Assembly (NCBI GenBank): GCA_964402035.1
Contig: CAYOAM010000001.1
Span: 179,558-243,557, forward strand
Direction: 5' to 3'
DNA from: an uncultured Candidatus Saccharibacteria bacterium
GTDB taxonomy: Bacteria > Patescibacteriota > Minisyncoccia > Phycocordibacterales > UBA918
DNA length: 64,000 nucleotides
This document shows positions 46,405 through 56,800 of the stretch, in pieces. Each line of letters opens with the position of its first letter. Position 1 is the stretch's first letter. The notes beneath the pieces were generated by a model. The model had not been told where the DNA came from and searched no databases. It worked only from the letters and a program-made list of their open reading frames with translations. Position numbers and translations under genes: made by a program.

Positions 46405-46695
46405 TCACACACCCACGGTCAGCTTTGAATTAGGCTGAAAGGGGTGTGTGGGGTCAAGAACGTTGGTCAGTAAAAGTAGCTCGAAGGTGGGGCACCGTTC
46501 GCCAAATGCATTCCTTGGAAAGTACTCATTCAGAGCATTTTCTGTGGGATCAATCTGTAGTGCATGCAGTACAATGAGCGCATCTTTTTCATCCTTGAGT
46601 TTGCACTCTTGAATGAGATGCACCCACCGTCCTTGTATGTTGCGACTTATTGCCCAATATGCACCCTCCGTCTTCTTGAAATAATACTGACTCAC
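46405..46695 (-). CDS. Hypothetical protein (96 aa)
   Basis: Strong RBS AAGGAGG 5 nt before a GTG start on the minus strand. Terminator downstream. Confidence 0.5.
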   Translation of the reverse strand: MSQYYFKKTEGAYWAISRNIQGRWVHLIQECKLKDEKDALIVLHALQIDPTENALNEYFPRNAFGERCPTFELLLLTNVLDPTHPFQPNSKLTVGV

Positions 46696-46725
46696 TTTTT
46701 CCTCCTTCTCGATTTAAGAACGAAA

Positions 46726-46762
46726 AGAGCCCGCGGAGGCGGGCTCTGGTCTGGATTTTTTT
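46726..46762. terminator. GC hairpin agagcccgc-gga-ggcgggctct with flanking T-tracts (terminator-like, strand ambiguous)
   Basis: Seen directly. Confidence 0.4.
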
Positions 46763-46936
46763 GCTAGAAACTATCCAAAACACAACCCACCTCTCGGGCT
46801 TGTAAGGAGAATGACGACGGTGTTTTGGCGTATGGACATATATCTATTGTGTATCATATCTCTGTTTTTTTGCAAGGGATAGCATTTTGTGGAAAGCGTG
46901 GGTTTTGCACAAAAATGGTTGTATACTAGTATCATC

Positions 46937-47701
46937 ATGTCAACAATCATCTGGCTTGTCCTTGGGGTTATTGTATTTATTATTCTCGTTGGGTTACGTA
47001 TCGTTGACCAATTTGAACGTGGAGTCGTCCTCACCCTTGGAAAATATTCAGGCATACGTGAGCCAGGACTCACGTGGATATTCATTGGTATCCAGCACAT
47101 GACAAAGGTGGACTTGCGCATCACGACTACTGACATACCACAGCAGGAAGTTATTACCAAAGACAATGTGCCGGTTGGGATCAATGCGGTCGTGTATTTT
47201 CAAGTACAATCTGCAGAGAAAGCGATTCTTAATATCAAAGACTATACTCTAGCGGTCTCACAATACGCACAAGCAGCGCTTCGTGATGTGATTGGAGGCA
47301 TTGAGCTTGATCCGCTCCTCTCTGAACGTGAGCAGATTTCAGAAGAAATCCAAAAGATAGTCGTTCAGGCGACTGAATCATGGGGTATTTCAGTTACTGA
47401 CATCAAAATCCAAGACATTGAGCTTCCTGCGGATATGAAACGAGTCATGGCAAAACAGGCAGAGTCAGAGCGTGAACGTCGTGCGATCGTTATCCGTGCG
47501 CAAGGAGAATTTGAAGCGTCTGAGCGCCTTGCCCAAGCGGCAGGTATCCTCACGAGCACACCCGGAGGTATTTCGATGCGCACACTCCAGACGATTGAGA
47601 AAATCAATCCAGACCCTTCCAAAACCGTTATTTTTGCGTTGCCTGTGGAATTTATGGAGGGGATCAAGAGTCTCTCACAGTTTATGAGTGAAAAGAAATA
47701 G
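46937..47701 (+). CDS. SPFH/stomatin-like protein (maximal ORF from GTG 46889)
   Basis: N-terminal TM helix, then the band-7 core (GINAVVYFQV...AQAALRDVIGGIELDPLLSEREQISEEIQK). Confidence 0.7.
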   Translation: MSTIIWLVLGVIVFIILVGLRIVDQFERGVVLTLGKYSGIREPGLTWIFIGIQHMTKVDLRITTTDIPQQEVITKDNVPVGINAVVYFQVQSAEKAILNIKDYTLAVSQYAQAALRDVIGGIELDPLLSEREQISEEIQKIVVQATESWGISVTDIKIQDIELPADMKRVMAKQAESERERRAIVIRAQGEFEASERLAQAAGILTSTPGGISMRTLQTIEKINPDPSKTVIFALPVEFMEGIKSLSQFMSEKK

Positions 47702-47716
47702 ATGGTACCTAATGTG

Positions 47717-48502
47717 CTATTTAACTTCTTTTAGGAATTTTTCTATGAGAGCGGCAGTCTCTTCTGTCTTTTGAAAAACGGATTTCCACACTACAACGAT
47801 ATCGGCGTCATTGAAAATAGAGCGTTGTACTTCGCGAGGAGTGTCACCTCCTGCAATCGAGATCATGACATTGTTGTAGTTGCCTTTGATGCGACGGATC
47901 TCATGGAGGGGTATCTCTTTTTCGTGGTTGAACTTTTCTTCGTCTACCCCACGATGGATGATGACGACAGCAGGAGCTTTCCTGAGTGCTCGTAGTGTGG
48001 CAAGAGGAAATTCGACGTGCATCATGTCGATCATGGCATCAAGTCCAAACGTGTCACAGCTTGCGATAAATGAATTTAACGTCTCGATGGGTGCCGTGCC
48101 GAGCGCGATAGCGGCACTAGCGCCACCTCTCCAGGCAATCTCTACTTCTGTCTCACCTCTGTCCATAGTCTTTAAATCGGCGACAACATAGGGGTAGATG
48201 GGTGTGCTTATTTTTTGGCCAGTCTCACTGTTTGCAGTCAACGATCGAGTCAGTAACTCTGAAAAAAAAGAATTCGGCGCTGCCGGTATCGTCGGTAGAC
48301 CGGTGAGATGTGCCTCATACCAGTCTCGGATTTGTCGAATGCCGTATTCGCCGTAGCGCTTGATGAGTGGTGTACCTGCTTCAACGATGATCCTATCACT
48401 TTTTGGCAGGCTCATAATGACCGCATACGCATCTTCAAGTGTGTTATTCAATGCCACTTGAAGATATCGCTTCTTAGGATTAAGTCTCATGATGAAATTC
48501 AA
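47717..48502 (-). CDS. 3-hexulose-6-phosphate synthase-like protein (orotidine-5'-phosphate decarboxylase/KGPDC family)
   Basis: YLQVALN...IIVEAGTPLIKRYGEYGI, ADLKTMDRGETE and ISIAGGDTP blocks match the HPS pattern (LQVAID..ELGTPLIK..D.KTMD.G..E...AGG). Confidence 0.55.
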   Translation of the reverse strand: MNFIMRLNPKKRYLQVALNNTLEDAYAVIMSLPKSDRIIVEAGTPLIKRYGEYGIRQIRDWYEAHLTGLPTIPAAPNSFFSELLTRSLTANSETGQKISTPIYPYVVADLKTMDRGETEVEIAWRGGASAAIALGTAPIETLNSFIASCDTFGLDAMIDMMHVEFPLATLRALRKAPAVVIIHRGVDEEKFNHEKEIPLHEIRRIKGNYNNVMISIAGGDTPREVQRSIFNDADIVVVWKSVFQKTEETAALIEKFLKEVK

Positions 48503-48542
48503 TATGATCCTATTGTAGTGGCTTTCAATATATTTTGCTACG

Positions 48543-49598
48543 CTACTTTCCGCGCCCGTAGACTTCTTTAAGTCCCTTCACATGATCAGCGTACGTCACC
48601 GAGCAGTGAAAACCACCTTCAGGATCATGGAAATAGAACATGCAGTCAGTCTTGCGCGGATTAAGGGCCGCAAGTACCGCATCAAGTGATGCATTTGATA
48701 TGGGTCCCGGCGGTAGTCCTTTGTTTTTGTAGGTGTTGTACGGCGAGGCGATATATTTGTCACTTGGCACTACCCGTGGCCACCACGAAGCGCTTTTTGC
48801 CGCTTTTGCATACTGCAGAGTGGCATCAATTTGCAGATTCATGCCAATGAAGAGACGATTCCAAATAATACCGGATATGTCACGCATATCAGTAAAGTCA
48901 TATGCTTCTCGCTCGAGAAGAGAAGCTATTGTCAGTGCGTCCTTGAGCGGTACCACTTTTTCTATTTCGTACCCGTACCGTGCTTTTATTTGGGTATCAA
49001 AACGGTCATGGAGCAGTGTGGTCACATCTTCTGGTTCTGCATCACGTGCAACGACGTAGGTCCATGGGACAAACTTCCCATCTGAAATATTAAGATCTAC
49101 ATCAATCACTTGTGCCAGGAATTTGCTCTTTTGTGCGGCATTCCAGTTTAAGGTTCTTGCAAAGTGATTTGCTATTTCTTCTTTGCGTTCACCGGACTGA
49201 ATGACTAAGACGCGGCCGGTCGGTGATGCTAAGTTTTGATACCAAGCTTGCTGCGCGAGTTTTGCAAACGTATACCCAAACCATCCTGAACGCGAACTTA
49301 ATAATTTTGACTTTGTAGCAATATGTTCTTGAAAATAACTGTCAACGACGGGGTTTTCGGTAATCGTCTTTGAGCTTGGATCAACGCCAATCGGAAACGA
49401 TGCAAGTGGTACCGGTTTCCGCGCAAGCTCGGCGGCACGTTCTGCCTCGTACGCAATTTCTCGCGCTGTCGTTACCATATATGCGAAAACGCTTATGGCA
49501 GGAATCGCTATCAAAAGAAGACTTGCTGCTATAAAAAGCCGCAGTGTGAGATCATATTTCTTTGGTGGTATTATCGGCGGCAGCTTCTGCTTCTTCAT
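48543..49598 (-). CDS. mltG: Endolytic murein transglycosylase MltG (YceG family)
   Basis: N-terminal TM helix. Conserved C-terminal block YNTYKNKGLPPGPISNASLDAVLAALNPRKTDCMFYF..GGFHCSVTYADH. Confidence 0.8.
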   Translation of the reverse strand: MKKQKLPPIIPPKKYDLTLRLFIAASLLLIAIPAISVFAYMVTTAREIAYEAERAAELARKPVPLASFPIGVDPSSKTITENPVVDSYFQEHIATKSKLLSSRSGWFGYTFAKLAQQAWYQNLASPTGRVLVIQSGERKEEIANHFARTLNWNAAQKSKFLAQVIDVDLNISDGKFVPWTYVVARDAEPEDVTTLLHDRFDTQIKARYGYEIEKVVPLKDALTIASLLEREAYDFTDMRDISGIIWNRLFIGMNLQIDATLQYAKAAKSASWWPRVVPSDKYIASPYNTYKNKGLPPGPISNASLDAVLAALNPRKTDCMFYFHDPEGGFHCSVTYADHVKGLKEVYGRGK

Positions 49599-49669
49599 AT
49601 ATTGCTCGATTATCGCACATATGCGCTATTACGCGAACCATTTGGCACTGGTAGCGAGGGTGATACACT

Positions 49670-50908
49670 ATGCTGCGTATGAGTATATTTGTACAAGGCT
49701 ATTGTGCTGAATGTGGAGAAGTACCCATTCCGCATCGTATGGAAATCATTTCCCAGACGGCGGATATGTATTTACGGAAATTCTTCCTCACGCGATTTCT
49801 ATTTAATACGATTGAGCCACTGTTGTTTTCTGCGGGTCGTGGTGTACCTTTGGGTGTGTGGGAGTCCTTGCTTAATACTATGGCAAAGATGCGCATGGTG
49901 CGGACCTATGCAAGTGTGCAGCCTTTTCACGATACGCGCATGCAGGCACTGTACGAAGGTGCGGTAGCGACGGGGGTAACATTGACGCAGTACGCTATCG
50001 GCACGAATCACCTCTGTTTTATTGCGAAAAAAGAAATCGCAGGTACTGTAGAGAGTATTCTATTTCGTATCATCCCACGACCACACGGACACGCCTCTCC
50101 ATCACTGGCGTGGATGGATGATAAGGGTATTTTGAAACAAAAAATGAAAGCTGCTGATTTTCCGCATGCGGATGGGGGAGCCGCGCGCACGCGTTCGGAA
50201 GCACTTGCGATTTTTAGGAGGCTTGGTGTTGCAGTCATTGTGAAGCCGCATCAGGGGAGTCGTGGACGACACACGACACTTGATGTACGAACTGAAGATG
50301 AGCTACTCAAAGCATTTGATATTGCACGAGAGATTAGCACACATGCGGTGATAGAGCGGTATCTTCACGGGTCTGTGCATCGGGTTACTTTGGTCGGAAA
50401 GAAACCGGTTGCAATTGCACGACGTGAATATCCGCATGTTATCGGTGATGGGGTACACACGGTTGATGAACTTATTGATATTGAAAACGCTAAACCGCTC
50501 CGCCATAGTACTCACTTTCGACCCTTGGATAAAGAATATCGTGTTGCCGAAGCATTAAAAAAGCAAAATCTCACGCATGGGAGTGTTCCAAAATTCGGCG
50601 CGATGGTCATCATCAGTGACAAAAACAGCCGTTTTCATGGGACGATCACGGAAGATGTGACTGACACCGTGCATCCGGATAACATTGTGCTTTTTGAGCG
50701 TTTCGGTGCGTTTTTGGGCGACCCAATTGTCGGAGTCGATTTTATGATAGAAGATATGGCGCGTTCATGGAAAGAGCAGCCAGACGCAGGTGTGATTGAG
50801 TGCAACGCCATGCCGTTTATCGATGTCCACCACCAAGTAGCGAGCGGCCGCACCATAAACGTCGCGGCACATTTGTGGGATGTGGTGTTAAATAATTCTA
50901 GCAAATAA
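49670..50908 (+). CDS. ATP-grasp domain protein (cyanophycin-synthetase/RimK-like N-terminal type)
   Basis: ATP-grasp C-terminal signature GVDFMIEDMARSWKEQPDAGVIECNAMPFIDVHH preceded by VIVKPHQGSRGRH. Confidence 0.55.
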   Translation: MLRMSIFVQGYCAECGEVPIPHRMEIISQTADMYLRKFFLTRFLFNTIEPLLFSAGRGVPLGVWESLLNTMAKMRMVRTYASVQPFHDTRMQALYEGAVATGVTLTQYAIGTNHLCFIAKKEIAGTVESILFRIIPRPHGHASPSLAWMDDKGILKQKMKAADFPHADGGAARTRSEALAIFRRLGVAVIVKPHQGSRGRHTTLDVRTEDELLKAFDIAREISTHAVIERYLHGSVHRVTLVGKKPVAIARREYPHVIGDGVHTVDELIDIENAKPLRHSTHFRPLDKEYRVAEALKKQNLTHGSVPKFGAMVIISDKNSRFHGTITEDVTDTVHPDNIVLFERFGAFLGDPIVGVDFMIEDMARSWKEQPDAGVIECNAMPFIDVHHQVASGRTINVAAHLWDVVLNNSSK

Positions 50909-50964
50909 AATAGAAATCCCGCCCTTGTGGAAGGGGCGGGAGTAAGAGTTGCTTATTGTGAGGT

Positions 50965-51921
50965 TCAGCGTGCGGCTGCAGTGACGCCGCGTACCTGCTG
51001 ATCGACGTTCATGAACGGCATGACGTTCGACAGCATACTGGTAGGCAATTTGCCATCCCAACGTTCTGCCTTGCGCAGTTCGATGAGAGACAGATTTGAA
51101 GCCAAGGCTTCGGCTTGGGCACGAATAGCAAGTGCTTGCGCCTCACCTTGTATGCGGATTGCCTCAGCCTCTGCTCTGGCTGCAAGCAGGCGTGCATTGG
51201 CTGCACCGCGTGCTGATTCTTCAGCTGCATTGGCAGCACCAGCAGCATCGATTCGAGCACGGTCGGCTGTGATGACAGCACGACGACGTTCGTTGTCAGC
51301 CTGCTCTACGCCAGCTTTTGCTTTCGAAGCTTCGTTGTTTGCTTCACGAAACGTTTTGTTGAAGTCGACGTTCGTGATTTGGAAATCGACGATTTCCAGC
51401 TGAAACAGTGCGTTCGCATTCTCCTTGAAGACCTTGAATATGCGATCACGCACTTCTCCACGCTTTGAAGCGATTTCGCTCACATTGACGCGTCCGACTT
51501 CCGCCTTGAACCGATCGATTGCGAGAGATATCAGGCGCTGTTCGTAGTCAGGAACACGCTTGAACACATTCTCCACACTGTCGTTCGGAATGCGGTAGTT
51601 GACGGTGAAGAGCGCGTCGAGCTCTTGGTTGTCGACGGTATAGGTATTCACCTTATCAACTTGAAATGCTCGAATGTTTACAGGAAAGTCCACCACACCT
51701 TGGACGAATGGGATCTTGAAGTGGAGCCCTGGTCCTTTGACTGCGACAAATTGCCCGAACTGGGTCAATACCGCCCGCTCCGTCTCACGGACCGTGTAAT
51801 ATGATCCGAAGAAGGCCATGAGAAACGCCACGAACAGAACGCCCATGATAAGCCAGCGTGGCCTCACCGGTCTCATCATAAGACTTGTACGCCCGCTAAC
51901 CCCTTGTCCGTCTATCGTCAT
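50965..51921 (-). CDS. SPFH/band-7 protein, HflC/HflK-like (maximal ORF extends to 51996)
   Basis: RBS GAGG before ATG 51921. TM helix. SPFH core and an Ala-rich coiled coil (AANARLLAARAEAEAIRIQGEAQALAIRAQAEALA). Confidence 0.7.
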   Translation of the reverse strand: MTIDGQGVSGRTSLMMRPVRPRWLIMGVLFVAFLMAFFGSYYTVRETERAVLTQFGQFVAVKGPGLHFKIPFVQGVVDFPVNIRAFQVDKVNTYTVDNQELDALFTVNYRIPNDSVENVFKRVPDYEQRLISLAIDRFKAEVGRVNVSEIASKRGEVRDRIFKVFKENANALFQLEIVDFQITNVDFNKTFREANNEASKAKAGVEQADNERRRAVITADRARIDAAGAANAAEESARGAANARLLAARAEAEAIRIQGEAQALAIRAQAEALASNLSLIELRKAERWDGKLPTSMLSNVMPFMNVDQQVRGVTAAAR

Positions 51922-52122
51922 TTCAGCCTCGCATATATTAAGAACACCACGAAACCCACGTGGCATGGGGTACGTACTCACGGTGTATTCTAACATTAAG
52001 AATATATTGTGTCAAGCTTTCTGTGAAAGTTCATAAGCTAGCGAACTTTTACGTTACCCTTAAACAAGAATTTATTATTTGTTATAGTGAACAAAGATCC
52101 ACTCAACCTCAGGGGTGTCCCT

Positions 52123-52311
52123 ATGCGCAAAGGTATTTGGTTGTTCTTTCTCTCAATCGGATGGATGTTCGTCCCATCTTTCTACGGCACCAATCGAAAA
52201 CGTCGCAGACGTAAAAAACCTCGATCGTGGGCCGCACTCGGAGCCGATGCACGCAAGCAGGAGGAAGATAGAAGGCGTAAAGAACGAGATTTCCTCAATC
52301 TGTTGACCTAA
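52123..52311 (+). CDS. Small secreted/membrane protein with a highly basic C-terminal tail (62 aa; maximal ORF from 52087)
   Basis: RBS AGGGG 9 nt before the ATG. A canonical terminator starts 2 nt after the stop. Confidence 0.35.
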   Translation: MRKGIWLFFLSIGWMFVPSFYGTNRKRRRRKKPRSWAALGADARKQEEDRRRKERDFLNLLT

Positions 52312-52312
52312 A

Positions 52313-52339
52313 GCCCTGTATTCCACAGGGCATTTTTTG
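52313..52339 (+). terminator. Rho-independent terminator (gccctgt-attcc-acagggc plus ATTTTTTG)
   Basis: Seen directly. Confidence 0.7.
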
Positions 52340-52440
52340 TATGATGAGTCAACATTTTACCGGCTCCTATGAGGATAAGATACCTGACGCCCTATTTGAA
52401 CCTTATTCCTGCAGTCTAATCGACTTATTTCACTCCTTCT

Positions 52441-52483
52441 TCGATAAATTGAAAGAGACCCCTTGATGTTATCGCAGGGTCTC
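52441..52483 (-). terminator. Minus-strand terminator (gagaccc...gggtctc hairpin plus T-rich tract) downstream of 52505-52750
   Basis: Seen directly. Confidence 0.4.
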
Positions 52484-52504
52484 GCGTCGATCGTATTTTT
52501 GGTT

Positions 52505-52750
52505 TCAGGATGCTGCAGTAGCGATCTGGGCGGCAACTGCCTGAGGATCAATCGCTGCTATAGCGACGGAATGATTCACCCATCCTTTGTCAACCGGATA
52601 GAGGGAGAGACACAACGTCATACCTTCATAGCTAGCTTCGACAGCCGTGATCGGTCGTGTGTATGTTTTTAGTGTTGCGGAGTGCGTCAGACCCCTACCC
52701 CCGACACGTAGAGCTAGGAGTGAAAATACGTAACCGTGCGAAGTGGACAT
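52505..52750 (-). CDS. Small hypothetical protein (81 aa)
   Basis: RBS AAAGGAG 8 nt before the ATG on the minus strand. Terminator downstream. Composition close to the genome average. Confidence 0.4.
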   Translation of the reverse strand: MSTSHGYVFSLLALRVGGRGLTHSATLKTYTRPITAVEASYEGMTLCLSLYPVDKGWVNHSVAIAAIDPQAVAAQIATAAS

Positions 52751-52996
52751 AGGGCATTCTCCTTTGTTGCTGACTCTTTTCTAATGGTAACATATTAGCG
52801 TGGATATGTCAAGTATAACGCTGAGTTGCATAACGCGTCTAAAATGCGGATAGATATGAGTAAACCAAAAAATGTGCCAGATACTTTTTTTTGACATCTT
52901 TTCTCTTCTTCCTTGGAAGTGACTGCATATGTCCCAAATGCTTGAATATGGTGAACAGTAAGATTGATGGTGGCATGCAAATGGAACCTTACTACA

Positions 52997-53034
52997 AAAC
53001 CCCTTGAACCAATGTAGGTTCAAGGGGTTTTAAG
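52997..53034. terminator. Bidirectional terminator (aaaaccccttgaacc-aatgta-ggttcaaggggtttt)
   Basis: Perfect 15-bp stem flanked by A and T tracts on both sides. Confidence 0.7.
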
Positions 53035-53047
53035 TTTGTAGAATTAA

Positions 53048-53422
53048 CTACAGAGGAATGTGCTTTGCGAAAGCGCCGATGAAGGGGAGCTCTTGCTGCT
53101 TGTTTTGGACTACGTTCACAATTCCGATGATTGAGAATACAAGTGTGGCAATGTTGACGAGTGAAATAACCATGTAACCGAGGCCGTAGTATGCCATTGA
53201 TCCAAGAACCATTGCGGCGATTTCAATCACAAATAGTACTGCTCCTTGGCGTACGTGAAAAAGTACAAAAGGATCATCTTTTCCCATCATATAAGCGACG
53301 ACGACAAGAATACTTAAATACGACATGACACCAAACAATACATTCTTTTGCTTTGGATCAAGGGGTGTACCTTGCGTTGGTGTTGCGGATGTTTGTTCTG
53401 GTCCTTTTGCTTGCTCGTCCAT
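53048..53422 (-). CDS. DUF4870-like small membrane protein
   Basis: NVLFGVMSYLSILVVVAYMMGKDDPFVLFHVRQGAVLFVIEIAAMVL follows the DUF4870 pattern. 3 TM helices. Confidence 0.55.
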   Translation of the reverse strand: MDEQAKGPEQTSATPTQGTPLDPKQKNVLFGVMSYLSILVVVAYMMGKDDPFVLFHVRQGAVLFVIEIAAMVLGSMAYYGLGYMVISLVNIATLVFSIIGIVNVVQNKQQELPFIGAFAKHIPL

Positions 53423-53433
53423 AACGGTTATGA

Positions 53434-53453
53434 ATCATTATCTAGATAATGAT
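53434..53453. promoter_or_regulatory. Perfect 20-bp palindrome ATCATTATCTAGATAATGAT in the divergent promoter region; candidate operator
   Basis: Seen directly. Sits 12 nt from the start of the DUF4870 gene and 135 nt upstream of the copper/redox locus. Confidence 0.4.
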
Positions 53454-53588
53454 TTCAGTATACTATAATTAATTTTGAAACGTTTGGCATGTTGGGATTA
53501 TCTGTTGTACCCAGTTTTGTATTCGGACGGCTCAATGCTGCACGCATCTGGTGTAAAATATAACTACGTATATTTTTAATTTTTTTCT

Positions 53589-53855
53589 ATGCAGACTATT
53601 GTACTTGAAGAACTATCATCACCCGGGTGTCATAATTGCGCTGCATTTAAAGAGTTTTGGGAGACCATAAAAGGGGAGTGGCCCAATGTTGAGTTTAAAG
53701 AGATGAGCATTCTTGATCCACAGGGGCAGGAACTAGTCCAAAAACACCAGATTTTTGCCTCTCCAGGGATTATTCTCAATGGGGAGCTTTTTTCTACGGG
53801 AGGCGTCAACAAAGAAGATTTTGTTAAAAAATTAAAAGAATTATCAGGTTCATAA
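53589..53855 (+). CDS. Small thioredoxin/glutaredoxin-like protein (CxxC)
   Basis: SPGCHNCAAF CxxC motif in an 88-aa thioredoxin-fold-sized protein. Adjacent to a CcdA-like domain. Confidence 0.65.
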   Translation: MQTIVLEELSSPGCHNCAAFKEFWETIKGEWPNVEFKEMSILDPQGQELVQKHQIFASPGIILNGELFSTGGVNKEDFVKKLKELSGS

Positions 53856-53859
53856 ATAT

Positions 53860-56800
53860 ATGGCGGAACATCAACCCGTAGAAGCAACTGCGTCAGTCGA
53901 AATGCCCGCAAACCGCGCTCGCACGCTCCTCATCTTTGGTGCAATTAGTGTGTTTGCAGCCATGGTGTTTGGACTGCTGTACCTCTTTGTTATTGCACCG
54001 GCTGCACCTGGTAGTAGTCTCGGTTGGTTCCTGTTCTCATTTGCAACGGGTATTACGATGATCATCATGCCCTGCACTCTGCCGTTGGCATTTGTGATTG
54101 TGCCGCTATCGATGGGTAAGGGGCTTGTGAAGGGGATCTCGATGGCACTAGCTTTTGGGCTCGGTATCACGATCACGCAGAGTCTCTACGGTGTTGCAGC
54201 TGCTGTTTTGGGAAAGCTCGCTATCGGAGCGTTGGGTGCGGATCTTGAAGTCGTCAAAAACTGGGTGTATTTGGTTGCGGGTATCTTTGCGCTCGTTTTT
54301 GCTTTGAGTGAAATTGGTCTCATGAAGTTCCGCATGCCGACCTATACGGGTGCTGCACCAGCTTTTATTCAGCAACGCCGTGATGCTTTTAAAGCATTTT
54401 TGTTGGGGCTTTTCTTAGGAAACATTGGTATTGGTTGTCCACATCCTGCTACACCGTTATTGCTCATAGAAGCAGCATCAAGTGGCGATGTGCTGTATGG
54501 GTGGCTTTTGTTCCTCGTACATGCAAGTGGCCGTGTCTTGCCGCTCTTGTTGTTGGCATTTCTTGCTATTTTGGGAGTCAACGGTCTTAATTTCTTGGTT
54601 ACAAAAAAAGACGCTGTCGAACGAGCGACTGGTTGGGCGATGGTGTTTGTAGCAGGATTTATCCTTACTTTAGGTCTATTCACGCACGCATGGTGGGTTA
54701 ACTCAGGAATTCACACGATGTTGGAAAAAGTGACGCAGGAAAGTTACTTCAACGCACGATTTAACGACATGCTCAATTCGGCTGTTGCTCATAATCATGG
54801 TCTTGAGACAGGTACAGCAATGTTTGGCTTGCCGTTGTGGCTTGGAAACTGGTTCTTGGTTTCGGTATGGATACTACCTATCTGGTGGTGGTGGTTTAGA
54901 AAGCGTAAGTCATTGATGCAGAGTCCTGTTTTTCGTATCCAGGCACTTGAAGGAAGAATCGATGAACTTGAGAAAGAACGCCGACAGGTGGAGTCTATGG
55001 TAGCGCTTGATGAGGCTGAAGTTTCTTTTGATCTCAAAGTACACGAGGCCGAGATTGATCGATTGGAACAAATTCGACGAGCTGAGGAGGAGAAGGTGCA
55101 CTATTCAGAGAAGGGAGTATTGCAAAGCCCCATTGCTCAAACATATGAGATGAAGATGCTCTATACCGTCCGTAATTATCTCTTTGTTCTTTCAGTATTT
55201 ATTGTACTTGTCTTCGCGTACTTTTTGCCGACCAACTTCTATCTTGCGTCTATTTCTGGTATGGGTGGCCACGCTCATACACCAGTGGCTGTCTCAACAA
55301 GTACTACTCAGGCACTCATCCCGTTTTCGACTGATACTGCAAATCTTCCCGATGCGACATTGACACAAACAATCACCCTACAAGACGGTGGTACCTACAA
55401 GGTCAGTGCGGGGTATGTGAAAAGACAGTTAGGAAATCGTGTGCTGCGTATGATGGCGTACAACGGTTCGGTTCCGGGACCATTTATCCATGCTCCAGAA
55501 GGATCGACCGTGAACATTGAGTTCACCAATAACACCGACATCGATCAGACGATACATTCACACGGTGTGCGTGTTGACAATCTTTCAGATGGAGTCCCTG
55601 GGGTGACACAAGTGGCCGTTAAGCCCGGTGAGACGTACACCTACACTATTAACTTTAAGGATGTTGGAGTCTATTGGTTCCACCCGCATACGCGCGATGA
55701 TTATGGGCAAGAGTTAGGATTGTATGGAAATTATATTGTTGAGCCTTCTGATGAAAAATATTATTCACCTGTCAATCGAGAAATTCCACTCGTCATCGAT
55801 GACATATTGATTGAGAACGAGCGTATTGCTCCTTTCTATAAAGAATATACCGATCACGCGCTCTTGGGACGATTTGGAAATGAATTTTTGGTGAATGGCG
55901 CTGAAAACTTCACGACCAATGTAAAGATGGGTGAGGTAGTGCGCTTTATGGTGACGAACGTATCCAATGCTCGCACCTACAACCTCTCAATTCCTGGTCT
56001 CAAGATCAAACTTGTCGGGTCTGATGCAGGAAAATATGAGCGTGAGACATCTGTAGATTCTTTGCTACTCTCACCGGCAGAACGCGCGATTGTTGAAGTA
56101 TATTTTGAAAAGCCAGGTGTATTCACGCTGACGCACACAGATCCTTCAAACTCCGTAAAGCTTGCAACTTTTGGTGTATCGAGTGAAGAACGGGCAGACG
56201 TATCGTATGCAAAGGAATTTGCAGTCATGCGAACTGATACTTCAGCGACCACAACATATGCAGCAATACGCGCTATGCTTCCTGCTCTCCCACAAAAGAA
56301 TGTATTGATGACGGTGGATCTTGGTATGAATGCGGCAGCAATGAACCATGGTGCGCACGCACACGCCATGCCAGGTATGATGACCAGTGCAAGTACGAGC
56401 AATCCGTCAGGCATTCAGTGGGATGATGTAGGAAACACTGACACCATCAATACGACACAAAATGTGACGTGGAAATTGGTAGATTTGGAAAATAATCTCG
56501 TCAATGATGCCATCAACTGGAAGTTCAAGGTAGGGGAATTCGTGAAAGTGCGCTTCACGAATGACAAAATGGCGATGCATGTGATGCAGCATCCCATACA
56601 CTTCCACGGACAACGCTTTGTCGTACTGGCAAGGAATGGAGTACCCAATGACAACCTTGTCTGGAAAGATACAGCTTTGGTATTACCTGGCGAGACTGTC
56701 GATCTTGTTGTTGATATGAGCAATCCAGGTCTCTGGATGGCGCATTGTCATATCGTAGAGCACCTTCACGGCGGCATGATGCTGAACTTCCGCGTTGAAG

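Noticed and set aside
46771-47184. 137-aa minus-strand ORF
   Set aside because: It overlaps the SPFH gene 46937-47701 on the opposite strand. Its Cys/Met/Pro-rich composition is odd and it has no RBS.
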